Origin: an uncultured delta proteobacterium
Lineage (GTDB): Bacteria > Myxococcota_A > Polyangia > Polyangiales > Polyangiaceae
Length of the DNA: 64,000 bases
Assembly: GCA_963782055.1 (NCBI GenBank)
Contig: CAWAIF010000003.1
Span: 3,264,001-3,328,000, forward strand
Direction of reading: 5' to 3'
Below are positions 28,866 to 39,525 of this stretch, piece by piece (the stretch's first letter is position 1; the number at the start of each line of letters is the position of its first letter). The translations under genes and the position numbers were made by a program. A model generated the notes under the pieces. The model was not told where the DNA came from. It was given only the letters and a program-made list of their open reading frames with translations, and searched no databases.

Positions 28866-30728
28866 CTAGGAGAAGGCGGGCTCGACCAGGGCGAACACCA
28901 GATCCGGCGCGAGGCGGTAGCGCGTCTTGCCGTGCTCCCCGGCGTCGCGCAGGCGCTCGACGTGGTTCGGGTCGCCGAGCAGATCCCGCACGCGCGAGAT
29001 GAGCACGCGGACCCGGTGCTCGGCGTCGGCGGAGTCCGGCCCCGGGCCGCCCGCGGCGCGCAGGATCTCGTCGGCGGACAGGCCCTCGCGGGCGCGCCGC
29101 AGGAGCTGGGCGAGCAGCGGCTCGAGCGCGCGCCGCCGCTCCAGCGACATGGTCTTGCCGCCGGCACGCAGGGTGTGGGCGACCGTGTCGACGACCAGCG
29201 CCGCGTCGTGCGTGGACTCGGCCACTCCGGCGACCTTCACCCGCACCACGCCCTCGCGCGTGGAGACGTAGACGTCCTCGGTCACGCCGAGGGAGCGGTC
29301 GCTCGGCGGGCTGCGCGGCAGCATCTCCGGCGTGGAGGGTGGCCCGCCGAAGGTGCCGGTGACGATGCGCTCGGCGTAGCGGACCACGCGGCTGTCGCCC
29401 GAAGCCTTGGCCAGGTCCCACAGGGGCCCGCCGGCGGCGCGGTCCGGGTAGACCCAGCCGTGCACGTACCCGCTGAGCGACGCCCGCTCCACCGCCGCGC
29501 GTGCGGCCTCTGTGTCTCCCTGGGCGAGCGCGCAGCGGCCGAGCACCAGGTTCAGGCTCCCGGTGACGAAGGCGTCGGGGAGATCGCCGGCGTGCGGGCG
29601 GCCGGCGGCGACCGCGGCCGCGTACTCGCCGCACGCTTCCAGGGTGCGCGCGCGGGTGGCGACGAGATCCTGCTCGTCGATGGCGTCCACCGCGCCGAGC
29701 TCGGCGCGCAGTCGCTCCGTCCGGGCGAGCGACTGCCTGGCGGCCTGGCCGCGCCCGAGCATCGCCAGCGCCCAGGTGCGGTGGGCGGCGAGCTGGTAGC
29801 GGAGCGTCGGCTGGTCCAGCTCCCCCAGCAGGCCGTGCGCTTCCTCCAGCGCCCCGAGCGCGACCCCAGGCCGGTCGGCCGCGATCTCCACGATCGCCAG
29901 GACGTCGTGCGCGTCGGCGTGACGCCACCCGGCCTGGGTGTCGCGGCCGATCACGATCGCCTCCCCGGCGTGGGCGCGCGCCTCCTCGAAGCGCCCCATC
30001 GAGCCGAAGGCGATGGCGGCGTTGCCGTGCGCGGTCAGGGCGGCCACGCCGCGCGCCGGGGCGCGCGACAGCGCGGAGACGAAGTGGCGCGCGGCCGCCT
30101 CCGGCTCGCCGACGCGCATCGCCAGGTGGCCGAAGGCCATCGCCACCGGGACGCGCCAGGCGCCGTCGTCCATGCGATCGGCGACGTGCTCGGCCAGGCG
30201 CAGCGCCGCCGCCGCCTGCTGCGTGTGGTTGCGCTTGATCTCCAGCTGCGCGGAGAGAAGGTGCAGATCGAGCTGCTCGCGCAGGCCGCCTCGCGTGGCC
30301 GCCGTGAGGCTCCGCGAGGCGGTCTTGAGCTGCTGCTCGGCGAGGTCCGCCCGGCCGTCGATGAGGGCGAGCATGGTGCGCTCCAGCGCGAGGCGCGCCG
30401 CGTCGAGGGGGCCCCACGTGGCCGGGGCCTGCGGGAGGGACTGCGCCAGCTCCCGCGCCCGCTCCAGCCGGCCGCTGTCACGGTAGGCACGCAGCAGCCG
30501 CACCGAGAGGGCGGGCTCCGGCTTGGGGCGCCCCGCGAGCACCGCCTCCAGCCACTGCACCAGAAACGCCGCCTCCTCGGCGGCGGCGAGCCTGTCGAGG
30601 AGCGGGAGGCACGCCTGGAGCGCGATGCCCTCGCCCGCCGCGGCCGCGGGCGGCGGAAGCGACGTCCCGCTCCTCGGCGCCGACGGCGGCGGAGGCACGA
30701 GCGTGGTGGCAGAGGCTCGGCGCGCCAT
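28866..30728 (-). CDS. TPR-containing transcriptional regulator with C-terminal OmpR/PhoB-type winged helix
   Basis: Helical TPR-like body. C-terminus LLAQLLRRAREGLSADEIL...RVRVLISRVRDLLG...RYRL. Confidence 0.72.
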   Translation of the reverse strand: MARRASATTLVPPPPSAPRSGTSLPPPAAAAGEGIALQACLPLLDRLAAAEEAAFLVQWLEAVLAGRPKPEPALSVRLLRAYRDSGRLERARELAQSLPQAPATWGPLDAARLALERTMLALIDGRADLAEQQLKTASRSLTAATRGGLREQLDLHLLSAQLEIKRNHTQQAAAALRLAEHVADRMDDGAWRVPVAMAFGHLAMRVGEPEAAARHFVSALSRAPARGVAALTAHGNAAIAFGSMGRFEEARAHAGEAIVIGRDTQAGWRHADAHDVLAIVEIAADRPGVALGALEEAHGLLGELDQPTLRYQLAAHRTWALAMLGRGQAARQSLARTERLRAELGAVDAIDEQDLVATRARTLEACGEYAAAVAAGRPHAGDLPDAFVTGSLNLVLGRCALAQGDTEAARAAVERASLSGYVHGWVYPDRAAGGPLWDLAKASGDSRVVRYAERIVTGTFGGPPSTPEMLPRSPPSDRSLGVTEDVYVSTREGVVRVKVAGVAESTHDAALVVDTVAHTLRAGGKTMSLERRRALEPLLAQLLRRAREGLSADEILRAAGGPGPDSADAEHRVRVLISRVRDLLGDPNHVERLRDAGEHGKTRYRLAPDLVFALVEPAFS

Positions 30729-30823
30729 ACCCGGAGCTTACCGTACCGGAGCCCGCCTCTCACCTATGGAACGGTGGGGGCCTTCGCGGCGTGGGCCTCT
30801 TGGGGTAAGGTGCGCGCCGGCCG

Positions 30824-31972
30824 ATGGCGACCCACAGCATTCCCAGCGTCCCGGACGATCAGGGCCGCGCGACGCCCGCGGGCGGCGGGGAGGCGGGGGT
30901 GGTTCGCGTCCTGCGCGAGGACGGCACCCTCGACCCGGAGGGGGATCCGCGCCTGGAGGACGCCGCCGTGCTGGCCCTCTACCAGCACATGGTGCTGGTG
31001 CGCGTCCTCGACGAGCGCATGGTCACCCTCCAGCGCCAGGGGCGCGTGGGCTTTCACATCGGCTCGCTGGGGGAGGAGGCGGCGATCCTGGGAGCGGCCG
31101 CCGCCCTCCGCGACGGGGACTGGATCTTCCCCTGCTACCGGGAGTTCGGCGCCGCCCTCTGGCGCGGGATGAGCCTGCAGTCCTACGCCGACAACATGTT
31201 CGGCAACGCGCGCGACCTGGCGCGCGGGCGGCAGATGCCCGACCACATCACCGCGCGCGCCGCGCGCTTCGCCTCGGTGAGCTCGCCCATCGGCACGCAG
31301 ATCCCGCAGGCGGTCGGCCTCGCGTGGGCGGCGAAGATGAAGAAGGAGGATCACGTCGCCCTCGTGTACTTCGGCGAGGGCGCGACCAGCTCCGCCGGCT
31401 TCCACGATGGGATGAACTTCGCCGGCGTCTTCCGGACACCCACCGTCTTCTTCTGCCGCAACAACGGCTGGGCCATCAGCGTGCCCGCGGAGCGGCAGAC
31501 CGCGAGCGAGACCTTCGCCGGCAAGGGGGTGGCCTACGGCGTGCCCGGCGTCCGCGTGGACGGCAACGATCTCTTCGCCGTGCTCAAGGTCACCCGCGAT
31601 GCGGTGGCGCGGGCGGCGGCGGGGCAGGGGCCCACGCTGATCGAGGCGCTGACCTACCGCCTCTCCGGCCACTCCACCAGCGACGACCCGCGCGCGTACC
31701 GGGACGAGGCGGCGGTGGACGCGTGGAAGCGCCGCGATCCCCTGCTGCGCCTGCACCGCCACCTCGCCGGGCGCGGCCTCTGGAACGAGGCGCAGCAGGC
31801 GGAGCTGGAGGCCCGGGTGGAGGCGGAGATCCACGCCGCGGTCGCCGCGGCGGAGAAGGTGGGGCCCCCCGCCCTCGAGACGATGTTCGACGACGTCTTC
31901 GGCGAGCTGCCCGCGCACCTCGCCGAGCAGCGCGCGCGGCTGCTCGCCGGCAGCCGGGCGAAGGGGCACTGA
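30824..31972 (+). CDS. bkdA1: 2-oxoacid (probably branched-chain) dehydrogenase E1 alpha
   Basis: LQRQGR, YRE, GRQMPDH, TPP motif GEGATS...NN, HSTSDDP. Substrate class is inferred. Confidence 0.88.
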   Translation: MATHSIPSVPDDQGRATPAGGGEAGVVRVLREDGTLDPEGDPRLEDAAVLALYQHMVLVRVLDERMVTLQRQGRVGFHIGSLGEEAAILGAAAALRDGDWIFPCYREFGAALWRGMSLQSYADNMFGNARDLARGRQMPDHITARAARFASVSSPIGTQIPQAVGLAWAAKMKKEDHVALVYFGEGATSSAGFHDGMNFAGVFRTPTVFFCRNNGWAISVPAERQTASETFAGKGVAYGVPGVRVDGNDLFAVLKVTRDAVARAAAGQGPTLIEALTYRLSGHSTSDDPRAYRDEAAVDAWKRRDPLLRLHRHLAGRGLWNEAQQAELEARVEAEIHAAVAAAEKVGPPALETMFDDVFGELPAHLAEQRARLLAGSRAKGH

Positions 31973-32002
31973 CGTGAAGAAGGACGAGCTCGGAGACGTG
32001 CG

Positions 32003-32974
<972 letters not shown>

Positions 32975-32991
32975 TCGACGGAGAAGGACAC

Positions 32992-34338
32992 ATGGCACGC
33001 TGGGAGTTCAAGCTTCCCGACATCGGCGAGGGCGTCACCGAGGGCGAGATCGTCAGCTGGCTCGTCGCGGTGGGCGACGAGATCAAGGACGACCAGCCGA
33101 TGGTGGAGGTGATGACCGACAAGGCCACCGTGACCATCGCGGCGCCGCGCGCCGGCAGGGTGGTGGAGCTGGGCGGCAAGGTGGGCGAGGTCGTCGCGGT
33201 CCACTCGGTGCTCGTCGTCTTCGAGGTGGGCGGCGCGCCGGAGGGGAAGGAGGCCAACGGCCACGTCGGCGGCAACGGCTCCCCCAAGAAGGACGAGGGG
33301 CCCGCCGCCACCGCGGTGGGCGACATCCGCGAGACCTTGCCCGGCATGGGCGCGCGTCCGGCGCCGGCGGCGTCGGGCGCGGGGGCCGGCGCGGGCGGGG
33401 CGGTGGCGGGCTACTTCAACGAGAAGCCCCTCGCCACGCCCGCCACGCGCAAGACGGCGCGCGAGATGGGGGTGGACCTCAAGCGCGTCCCGCCGAGCGG
33501 ACCGCAGGGGAGGGTGACGCGCGACGACGTGGTGGCGTACTCGCGGGGCGGCGGCGCGGACGAGCGCCCCGTCGCAAGCACGCCGCACGCCCCGGCCGCG
33601 CCGGCTCAGGCGCCGGTGAGCATCGCCGCGGGTGAGATGGAGGAGCGCGTCCCCTTCGCCGGCATGCGCCGGAAGATCGCCACCAAGATGGCGCGGTCCG
33701 TCCACACCGCGGCGCACTTCACCTTCGTCGAGGAGTGCGACGTCACCGCGCTGATGGCGCTTCGCAAGCGCCTGCGCGCCGCGGCGGAGGCGCGTGGCGT
33801 GAAGCTGACCTACCTGCCCTTCATCGTGAAGGCGGTGGTCGCGGCGCTCAAGAAGCACCCGGTGCTCAACAGCGCCCTCGACGAGACGACCAGCGAGCTC
33901 GTCTACCGCAAGTACTACAACATCGGCATCGCCGCCTCGACCGACGCCGGGCTGATGGTGCCCGTCGTGAAGGCCGCCGACCGCCTCAGCCTCGTCGAGG
34001 TCGCGCGCGAGATCGAGCGCCTGGGCGCCGACGCCAAGAACGGCAAGGTCCGCCTGGAGGACCTCTCCGGCTCCACCTTCACCATCACCTCCCTCGGCGC
34101 CCAGGGCGGCCTGTTCGCCACGCCCATCATCAACTTCCCGGAGGTGGGCATCCTGGGCGTGCACCAGATCAAGGAGCGTCCGGTGGTCAAGGACGGCCAG
34201 ATCGCCATCGGCCGCGTGATGCTGCTCTCGCTCTCCTTCGACCACCGCATCGTCGACGGCCACATCGGCGCCGCCTTCGCCTACGACGTCATCCACTACC
34301 TCGAGGACCCGGACCGCCTCTTCTTGGAGATGGCCTGA
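32992..34338 (+). CDS. bkdB: Dihydrolipoamide acyltransferase E2
   Basis: Lipoyl domain LPDIGEG...EVMTDKATV, E3-binding segment ATPATRK..G.QGRV, catalytic FDHRIVDG. Confidence 0.9.
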   Translation: MARWEFKLPDIGEGVTEGEIVSWLVAVGDEIKDDQPMVEVMTDKATVTIAAPRAGRVVELGGKVGEVVAVHSVLVVFEVGGAPEGKEANGHVGGNGSPKKDEGPAATAVGDIRETLPGMGARPAPAASGAGAGAGGAVAGYFNEKPLATPATRKTAREMGVDLKRVPPSGPQGRVTRDDVVAYSRGGGADERPVASTPHAPAAPAQAPVSIAAGEMEERVPFAGMRRKIATKMARSVHTAAHFTFVEECDVTALMALRKRLRAAAEARGVKLTYLPFIVKAVVAALKKHPVLNSALDETTSELVYRKYYNIGIAASTDAGLMVPVVKAADRLSLVEVAREIERLGADAKNGKVRLEDLSGSTFTITSLGAQGGLFATPIINFPEVGILGVHQIKERPVVKDGQIAIGRVMLLSLSFDHRIVDGHIGAAFAYDVIHYLEDPDRLFLEMA

Positions 34339-34342
34339 TCCC

Positions 34343-35485
34343 TCACTGGCCGCACTGATCGGTGTAGGTCGGGCCGCACGGGGTGCTGCCCGCGCTGCTC
34401 GGCATCGCGCCCCCGAACTGCGCCGGCTCGGAGTCGAAGCCCAGACTCAGCGAGATGGCCGAGCACGGGGCGTTGGTGCCGTCGTTCTGCGGGTCGGCGG
34501 CGACATCGGCGGCCTTGCAGATCTCCGCCTTGAAGGTCTGGTAGGTCGCGTCGTTGCCGCAGAGGTACTGGCCCTGGTTGAGCGGATCGCCGAGCACCTG
34601 CATGCCGGTGAGCAGGTTGCGTGTGTCCCACCGCCCGGCGATGATCGCGTTCTTCAGCCCGAAGGACCCGTTCATCGGCACCACGTCCGCCGTGATGACC
34701 GCCGACCGGAGCTCCACGAAGGTGGCGGAGTACGACCCGCCGAGGGCGAGCGGGAAGTCCAGGGTGCCCACCAGGACCGAGCCGGCGACGTACGCGTTGT
34801 CGTCCAGGTACTTGGGCACGTAGGGGGGCGCCGTGCCGCCCACCAGCGACGTGGTGTCGACGATCCACTGGTCGGTGCCGTCGTGGTTGGGGATGGGGTC
34901 GACGCCGGCGTCGTCGATCGGCCCGGTGCCCCGGGAGACGTACATCGACAGCGAGACCGACGTATCGTTCGGCTTGCCGTTGTAGCGCTGGAGCCGGATG
35001 AGCATCCCGCTCTGGCCCGTCCCGAGGCGCTGGTTGATGGTGGAGTCGTCGAAGCCGGGCAGCAGCTTGGAGAAGGTCGACAGGAGCGCGCCGCCCGAGT
35101 TGTCCTCGCCGTCCACCCTGTCGCAGTGCTTGGGCGCGCCCTTCAGCGGGATGCACGACTCCGCCGCGGGGCAGGTGCACGTGCGGTCCAGGTCGTAGCT
35201 GGGGACGCCGCCGTCGGCGAAGCCGAAGCTCAGCGTGTCGACCGCGGTGACGAGATCGATGTCGCTGCCGCCGGGGTCGTCCGCCGAGGGCCGCGCCGGG
35301 GGCAGCCGGTGGGGGCAGGTGTCTGCGTCGGCGCCGGGCCCGGCGTCGGCGCCCTGGTCGTCGGAGGCGTCGGCCGCGACCAGCGGGCCGAGCAGCGAGC
35401 TGTCGTAGACCGCGCAGCTCACCCACACGAAGAGGGAGGCCACCACGGCGCTCGCAAGGATCAAGCGAAGAGGATGCCGCACCAC
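34343..35485 (-). CDS. Cys-rich myxobacterial lipoprotein (paralog A)
   Basis: Lipobox-like WVSC. Shares DLD..CTCP..ESC, KHCD...DNSG, YNG..NDT, LLT.MQVL.DPL and TPCGP with the adjacent gene. Confidence 0.8.
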   Translation of the reverse strand: MVRHPLRLILASAVVASLFVWVSCAVYDSSLLGPLVAADASDDQGADAGPGADADTCPHRLPPARPSADDPGGSDIDLVTAVDTLSFGFADGGVPSYDLDRTCTCPAAESCIPLKGAPKHCDRVDGEDNSGGALLSTFSKLLPGFDDSTINQRLGTGQSGMLIRLQRYNGKPNDTSVSLSMYVSRGTGPIDDAGVDPIPNHDGTDQWIVDTTSLVGGTAPPYVPKYLDDNAYVAGSVLVGTLDFPLALGGSYSATFVELRSAVITADVVPMNGSFGLKNAIIAGRWDTRNLLTGMQVLGDPLNQGQYLCGNDATYQTFKAEICKAADVAADPQNDGTNAPCSAISLSLGFDSEPAQFGGAMPSSAGSTPCGPTYTDQCGQ

Positions 35486-35540
35486 GCTCAGCCTAGCATG
35501 GCGCCCCCTGGGCCTTCGCCCGCCGGAGGCCGAAGGGAGG

Positions 35541-36707
35541 TCACTGGTTGCAGTCGTCGGTCCACTGCGGGCCGCAGGGCGTCCCGCTGTCCGGCTTGGC
35601 GAAGACCGAGCCGAAGGTCGCGGGCGTCGCCTTGAAGGAGAAGGCCATCGAGATGGCGTCGCACGGCGCGTTCTTGCCGTCGTCCTGCACGTTGCTGGTG
35701 ATGTCGGCGAAGCTGCAGATCTTGGGCTTGAGGGCCTGGTAGGTCGGGTCGGAGCCGCAGAGGTGCTGTCCGATCAGCAGCGGGTCGTTGAGCACCTGCA
35801 TGGTGGTGAGAAGCTTCTTGGTGGACCAGCGGCCCGCCATCACCCCGGTGGTGCGGAAGGAGCCCTGGTACGGCTCCAGCTTGGCCACCACCACCGACCC
35901 GGTGAGGTCCACCGTGACAAGACCCTCGCCGTTGGCCGCGCCGATGGAGAGGGGCACGTTGAGGTTGCCGACGAGGTAGTAGTTGGAGACGTACGCGTTG
36001 AGGTCGTAAGCCTGCTTCGGCACCGGCTCGCCGCCGTCCAGGATGGTGCCGCCCAGGAGCGAGTCCGGGTCCACGGTCCAGCGGTCGGTGCCGTCCCCCT
36101 TGGGCACCGAGGCGTCACCGTACTGCGCGCCCTCCGTCCCGTTGGAGGTGTAGACGGAGAGCTCCACCTTGGTGTCGTTGGCCTGGCCGTTGTACCCGCG
36201 CACCCGCATGAGCGCGCCGAACAGGCCCGCGGCCAGCTGCTGGTTGATGTAGCCCTGGTCGAAGAAGCTCGCCGACGAGAACTGCGCCACCAGCGAGGCG
36301 CCGGAGTTGTCGACCCCGCCCTCCTGATCGCAGTGCTTGGGCCCGGCGTCGCTCACTGGCTTGCACGACTCGGGCCCGGGGCAGGTGCAGATGCCGTCCA
36401 GGTCGAAGCCGAACGCGTTGGGCGCGCCGGCGTCGCCCGCGCCGAAGTCCAGGAAGCTCAGGGCGTTGTAGAACTCGATGTCGCCCGCGTCCGATGGGTC
36501 GTCGTGATCCGGCCGGGCGGGCCACTGGACGTGGCCGCAGGTGTCGCCGTCGCCCTGGGGGCCCGCGTCCTGCTGCGCGTCCGGCCCGCCGCCGTCGCCC
36601 GGCTCGAGGAGGGAGGCGTCGTAGACGCTGCACCCCTGCCAGCTCGCGAAGCCCAGCACGACCGTCACGCCGGCCGCGAAGAGCACGAGGGGGACGCGAT
36701 GACGCAC
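35541..36707 (-). CDS. Cys-rich myxobacterial lipoprotein (paralog B)
   Basis: Lipobox-like WQGC. Collinear with paralog A along its whole length. Confidence 0.8.
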   Translation of the reverse strand: MRHRVPLVLFAAGVTVVLGFASWQGCSVYDASLLEPGDGGGPDAQQDAGPQGDGDTCGHVQWPARPDHDDPSDAGDIEFYNALSFLDFGAGDAGAPNAFGFDLDGICTCPGPESCKPVSDAGPKHCDQEGGVDNSGASLVAQFSSASFFDQGYINQQLAAGLFGALMRVRGYNGQANDTKVELSVYTSNGTEGAQYGDASVPKGDGTDRWTVDPDSLLGGTILDGGEPVPKQAYDLNAYVSNYYLVGNLNVPLSIGAANGEGLVTVDLTGSVVVAKLEPYQGSFRTTGVMAGRWSTKKLLTTMQVLNDPLLIGQHLCGSDPTYQALKPKICSFADITSNVQDDGKNAPCDAISMAFSFKATPATFGSVFAKPDSGTPCGPQWTDDCNQ

Positions 36708-36766
36708 GACCGCAGTCTATCGTCATGTGGCGGAAGTGGCCACCTGTGCGCCGGCGCACGGCGTTG

Positions 36767-36795
36767 TTGACGGCCGGTGCGCGCCCCGGCAACCT
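36767..36795 (+). promoter_or_regulatory. Sigma70-type promoter, probably leaderless
   Basis: TTGACG-N17-CAACCT, 6 nt before ATG 36802, with no SD sequence. Confidence 0.45.
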
Positions 36796-36801
36796 AGTGG
36801 C

Positions 36802-37812
36802 ATGCGGGCGCGTGGGCTCTTCTGCGGGGCGGTGCTGGCGACAGCGGCTCTCTTCGTTCCTCACGTGGCGCGCGCCGACGGCGCGCCCAGCGCGGAGCGC
36901 ATCAAGTCCGCCGCGGCGGAGTACGACTCCGGCCGTCGCGCCTTCACCGACGGCAAGTTCGAGGAAGCGGCGATCCACTTCGAGAACGCGTACCACGACG
37001 CCCCGAACGCGCAGACCCTCCGCAACGCGATGCGCGCGCGCAAGCAGGCCGGACAGCTCGCGCGCGCCGCGACGCTCGCCCTGCTCGCCCAGTCCCGCTA
37101 CTCCGACGACGACGCCACCACGAAGGTGGTCAAGGAGATGCTCGCGGAGGCCAGGCCGAAGCTCTTCGAGCTCACCGTCAACTGCGACCCCGATTGCGGC
37201 GTCGCCGCCGACGGCCGCGCGGTGTCGCTGGAGGACGCGAAGAAGTTCGCCTTCTTCCTGCAGCCGGGCCCGCACAAGGTGGTGGTGAGCTGGGTGGGCG
37301 ACCGCTCCAAGGAGCTCGCCGTCAGCGCCAAGGAGGGCAAATCGCAGGACTTCACCCTCCAGGCGCCCCCTCTGCCGCCGAAGGTGGTCGCCGGCGGGGG
37401 CACTGGGGGTGCCACCGGCGGCACGACCACACCGCCCTCCACCAAGCCCTTCGGTCCCGCCGTCTTCTTCGTGAGCCTGGGCCTGACGGCCGTCGCCGGC
37501 GGCTTCCTGATCTGGTCGGGCGTCGATACCCTCAACAATCCTGGCACCGACGCGGTGCGTCAGGGTTGCGTCGGGCAAGGGGAGAGCTGCCCGCTCTACC
37601 AGCAGGGTCTGGACGAGCAGCTCCGGACCAACGTGCTCATCGCCGTCACCGCGGGCATGGGCGCCATCACCCTGGTGGTGGGAGCCTTCCTCACGCAGTG
37701 GTCCTCGCCCAAGGTCGAGCAAGGGGCGCCGCCCCCCGCCACAGCCAAGCTCCAGCCGACCTTCGCCCTGGGGCCGCACGGCGCCTCGCTCGGGCTGAGC
37801 GGCGCCTTCTGA
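36802..37812 (+). CDS. Secreted TPR + PEGA-like domain protein
   Basis: Signal peptide ending VARA, TPR (YDSGRRAF..GKFEEAAIHFENAY), beta domain (LQPGPHKVVVS), C-terminal hydrophobic hairpin and GLSGAF end. Confidence 0.75.
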   Translation: MRARGLFCGAVLATAALFVPHVARADGAPSAERIKSAAAEYDSGRRAFTDGKFEEAAIHFENAYHDAPNAQTLRNAMRARKQAGQLARAATLALLAQSRYSDDDATTKVVKEMLAEARPKLFELTVNCDPDCGVAADGRAVSLEDAKKFAFFLQPGPHKVVVSWVGDRSKELAVSAKEGKSQDFTLQAPPLPPKVVAGGGTGGATGGTTTPPSTKPFGPAVFFVSLGLTAVAGGFLIWSGVDTLNNPGTDAVRQGCVGQGESCPLYQQGLDEQLRTNVLIAVTAGMGAITLVVGAFLTQWSSPKVEQGAPPPATAKLQPTFALGPHGASLGLSGAF

Positions 37813-37917
37813 GCGGCCCCCCAAAAAGAGGCCGCCGCTTGCTCCCCTGCCCGCAACTTGCGGTAAGGTAGGGATAGGGCACGTCCAGGCGCGACCCTCA
37901 CGCGAAAGGTTGTCAGG

Positions 37918-39525
37918 CTGACCAAGTTCCTCTCCGCGACGACTGACTCGGAGCGGCACCTCGATCGTTTCGAGCTCATCGCCGAGCTCGCGAGCGGCGG
38001 CATGGCCACGGTGTACCTCGCGCGCCTGAGCGGCGTCGGCGGATTCCAGCGCTTCGTCGCCATCAAGCGCCTGCACCCGCACCTGGCGAACGACTCCGAG
38101 TTCATCCAGATGTTCCTCGACGAGGCGCGGCTCGCGGCGCGCCTCCATCACCCCAACGTGGTGCCCATCCTGGAGATCGGGCAGAGCCCCGAGGGCTACT
38201 ACCTGGTGATGGAGTACATCGAGGGCGACACGCTCGCGCGCATCCTCGCGCGCTCGGCGCAGTCGGGGAAGTTCCTGCCGCACAAGGTGGCGCTGCGCGT
38301 GTGCCTGGACGCCCTCGCCGGGCTGCACACCGCGCACGAGCTCACCGACGACGACGGCATGGCGCTCGCCATCGTCCACCGCGACGTCTCCCCGCAGAAC
38401 ATCCTCGTCGGCGTCGATGGCACGGCGCGCATCACCGACTTCGGCGTCGCGCGCGCCGCCACGCGCCTCTCGACGACCCGCACCGGCCAGCTCAAGGGCA
38501 AGCTCGCGTACATGGCGCCGGAGCAGGCGCGCGGCAAGGCGGTCGATCGCAGGGCCGATGTCTTCGCGATGGGGATCGTCACGTGGGAGTCGCTCGCGCA
38601 CAAGCGCCTGTTCAAGGGCGAGGGCGAGGCGGACACCCTCAACCGCGTGCTCTACGAGCCCATCCCGCGGCTGCGTCAGGCCAACCCCAACGTCTCGGTG
38701 GCGCTGGAAGAGGTCGTGATGAAGGCGCTCGAGCGCGAGCCGGATGCCCGCTGGCCGACGGCGGCGGACTTCGCCGACGCCCTGGAGCGCACCGCCCGGA
38801 CCGAGGGCATCCTCGGCGCCCCGAGAGACATCAAGGAGCACCTCAACGCCGTGCTCGGCACCGACATCTCGCAGCAGCGGGAGGCCGTGCGCGCGTGGCT
38901 CGCCCGCAGCGAGCCCAGCCAGCACGGTAACTTCGGCCTTCCGCCGCCGAGCACCCCCTCCACCACCAAGGTCGAGGGCCAGCGCGATGGGCGCTCCGGG
39001 GTGTCCAGCGTCTCCAGCGCCGTCATCGCGGTGCCTGGCAGCGCGCCCTCCATCAGCAGCGCCACCGCGCCCGCCGCGGAGATCGTCGTCCCCGAGAGGA
39101 AGAGGTCACGGGTGTGGGTGGGCGTCGCCGTCGCGCTCGTCGCCGCCGCGATCGCCGTCCCCCTCGCGCTGATGCGCTTCCGCGCGCCGCCGGCCGCCGC
39201 CGGTGCGACTCCTCCCGCGCAGTCCGCCGCCGTCGTCCCCCAGGAGCCGGTCGACACCGCGCCCGCGGCCACCACCGCCGCGCCCACCCCGACGGAGACC
39301 GCCAAGGCGCCCGAGAGCGGGAGCGCTTCCGCCACCGCCAAGGACACGACCGCCAAGCCCAAGGCGACGACACACCACGTCTGGCGCCCGCCCCACGGCG
39401 GCTCGCACGTCAAGCCCCCGCCCACCGCCACCGCGGCGCCCGCACACACCGCCACCGCGGCACCGACCACCACGGCCAAACCCGCGGGCACCGTCGACGA
39501 CATCTCCAAGAACCCGTATCGGTGA
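37918..39525 (+). CDS. Eukaryote-like Ser/Thr protein kinase with TM helix and Pro/Thr-rich tail
   Basis: ELASGGMATVY, VAIK, HRDVSPQN, DFG, YMAPE, DVFAMG. The first ATG (38002) lies inside the Gly-rich loop, so a CTG start at 37918 is inferred. Confidence 0.92.
   Translation: MTKFLSATTDSERHLDRFELIAELASGGMATVYLARLSGVGGFQRFVAIKRLHPHLANDSEFIQMFLDEARLAARLHHPNVVPILEIGQSPEGYYLVMEYIEGDTLARILARSAQSGKFLPHKVALRVCLDALAGLHTAHELTDDDGMALAIVHRDVSPQNILVGVDGTARITDFGVARAATRLSTTRTGQLKGKLAYMAPEQARGKAVDRRADVFAMGIVTWESLAHKRLFKGEGEADTLNRVLYEPIPRLRQANPNVSVALEEVVMKALEREPDARWPTAADFADALERTARTEGILGAPRDIKEHLNAVLGTDISQQREAVRAWLARSEPSQHGNFGLPPPSTPSTTKVEGQRDGRSGVSSVSSAVIAVPGSAPSISSATAPAAEIVVPERKRSRVWVGVAVALVAAAIAVPLALMRFRAPPAAAGATPPAQSAAVVPQEPVDTAPAATTAAPTPTETAKAPESGSASATAKDTTAKPKATTHHVWRPPHGGSHVKPPPTATAAPAHTATAAPTTTAKPAGTVDDISKNPYR

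Noticed and set aside
35513..35536. Short intergenic hairpins (also near 37813, 49508 and 63565) as more copies of the 47-bp element or as terminators
   Set aside because: They share only short GC-rich words and have no U-tracts; not distinguishable from chance at this GC content.
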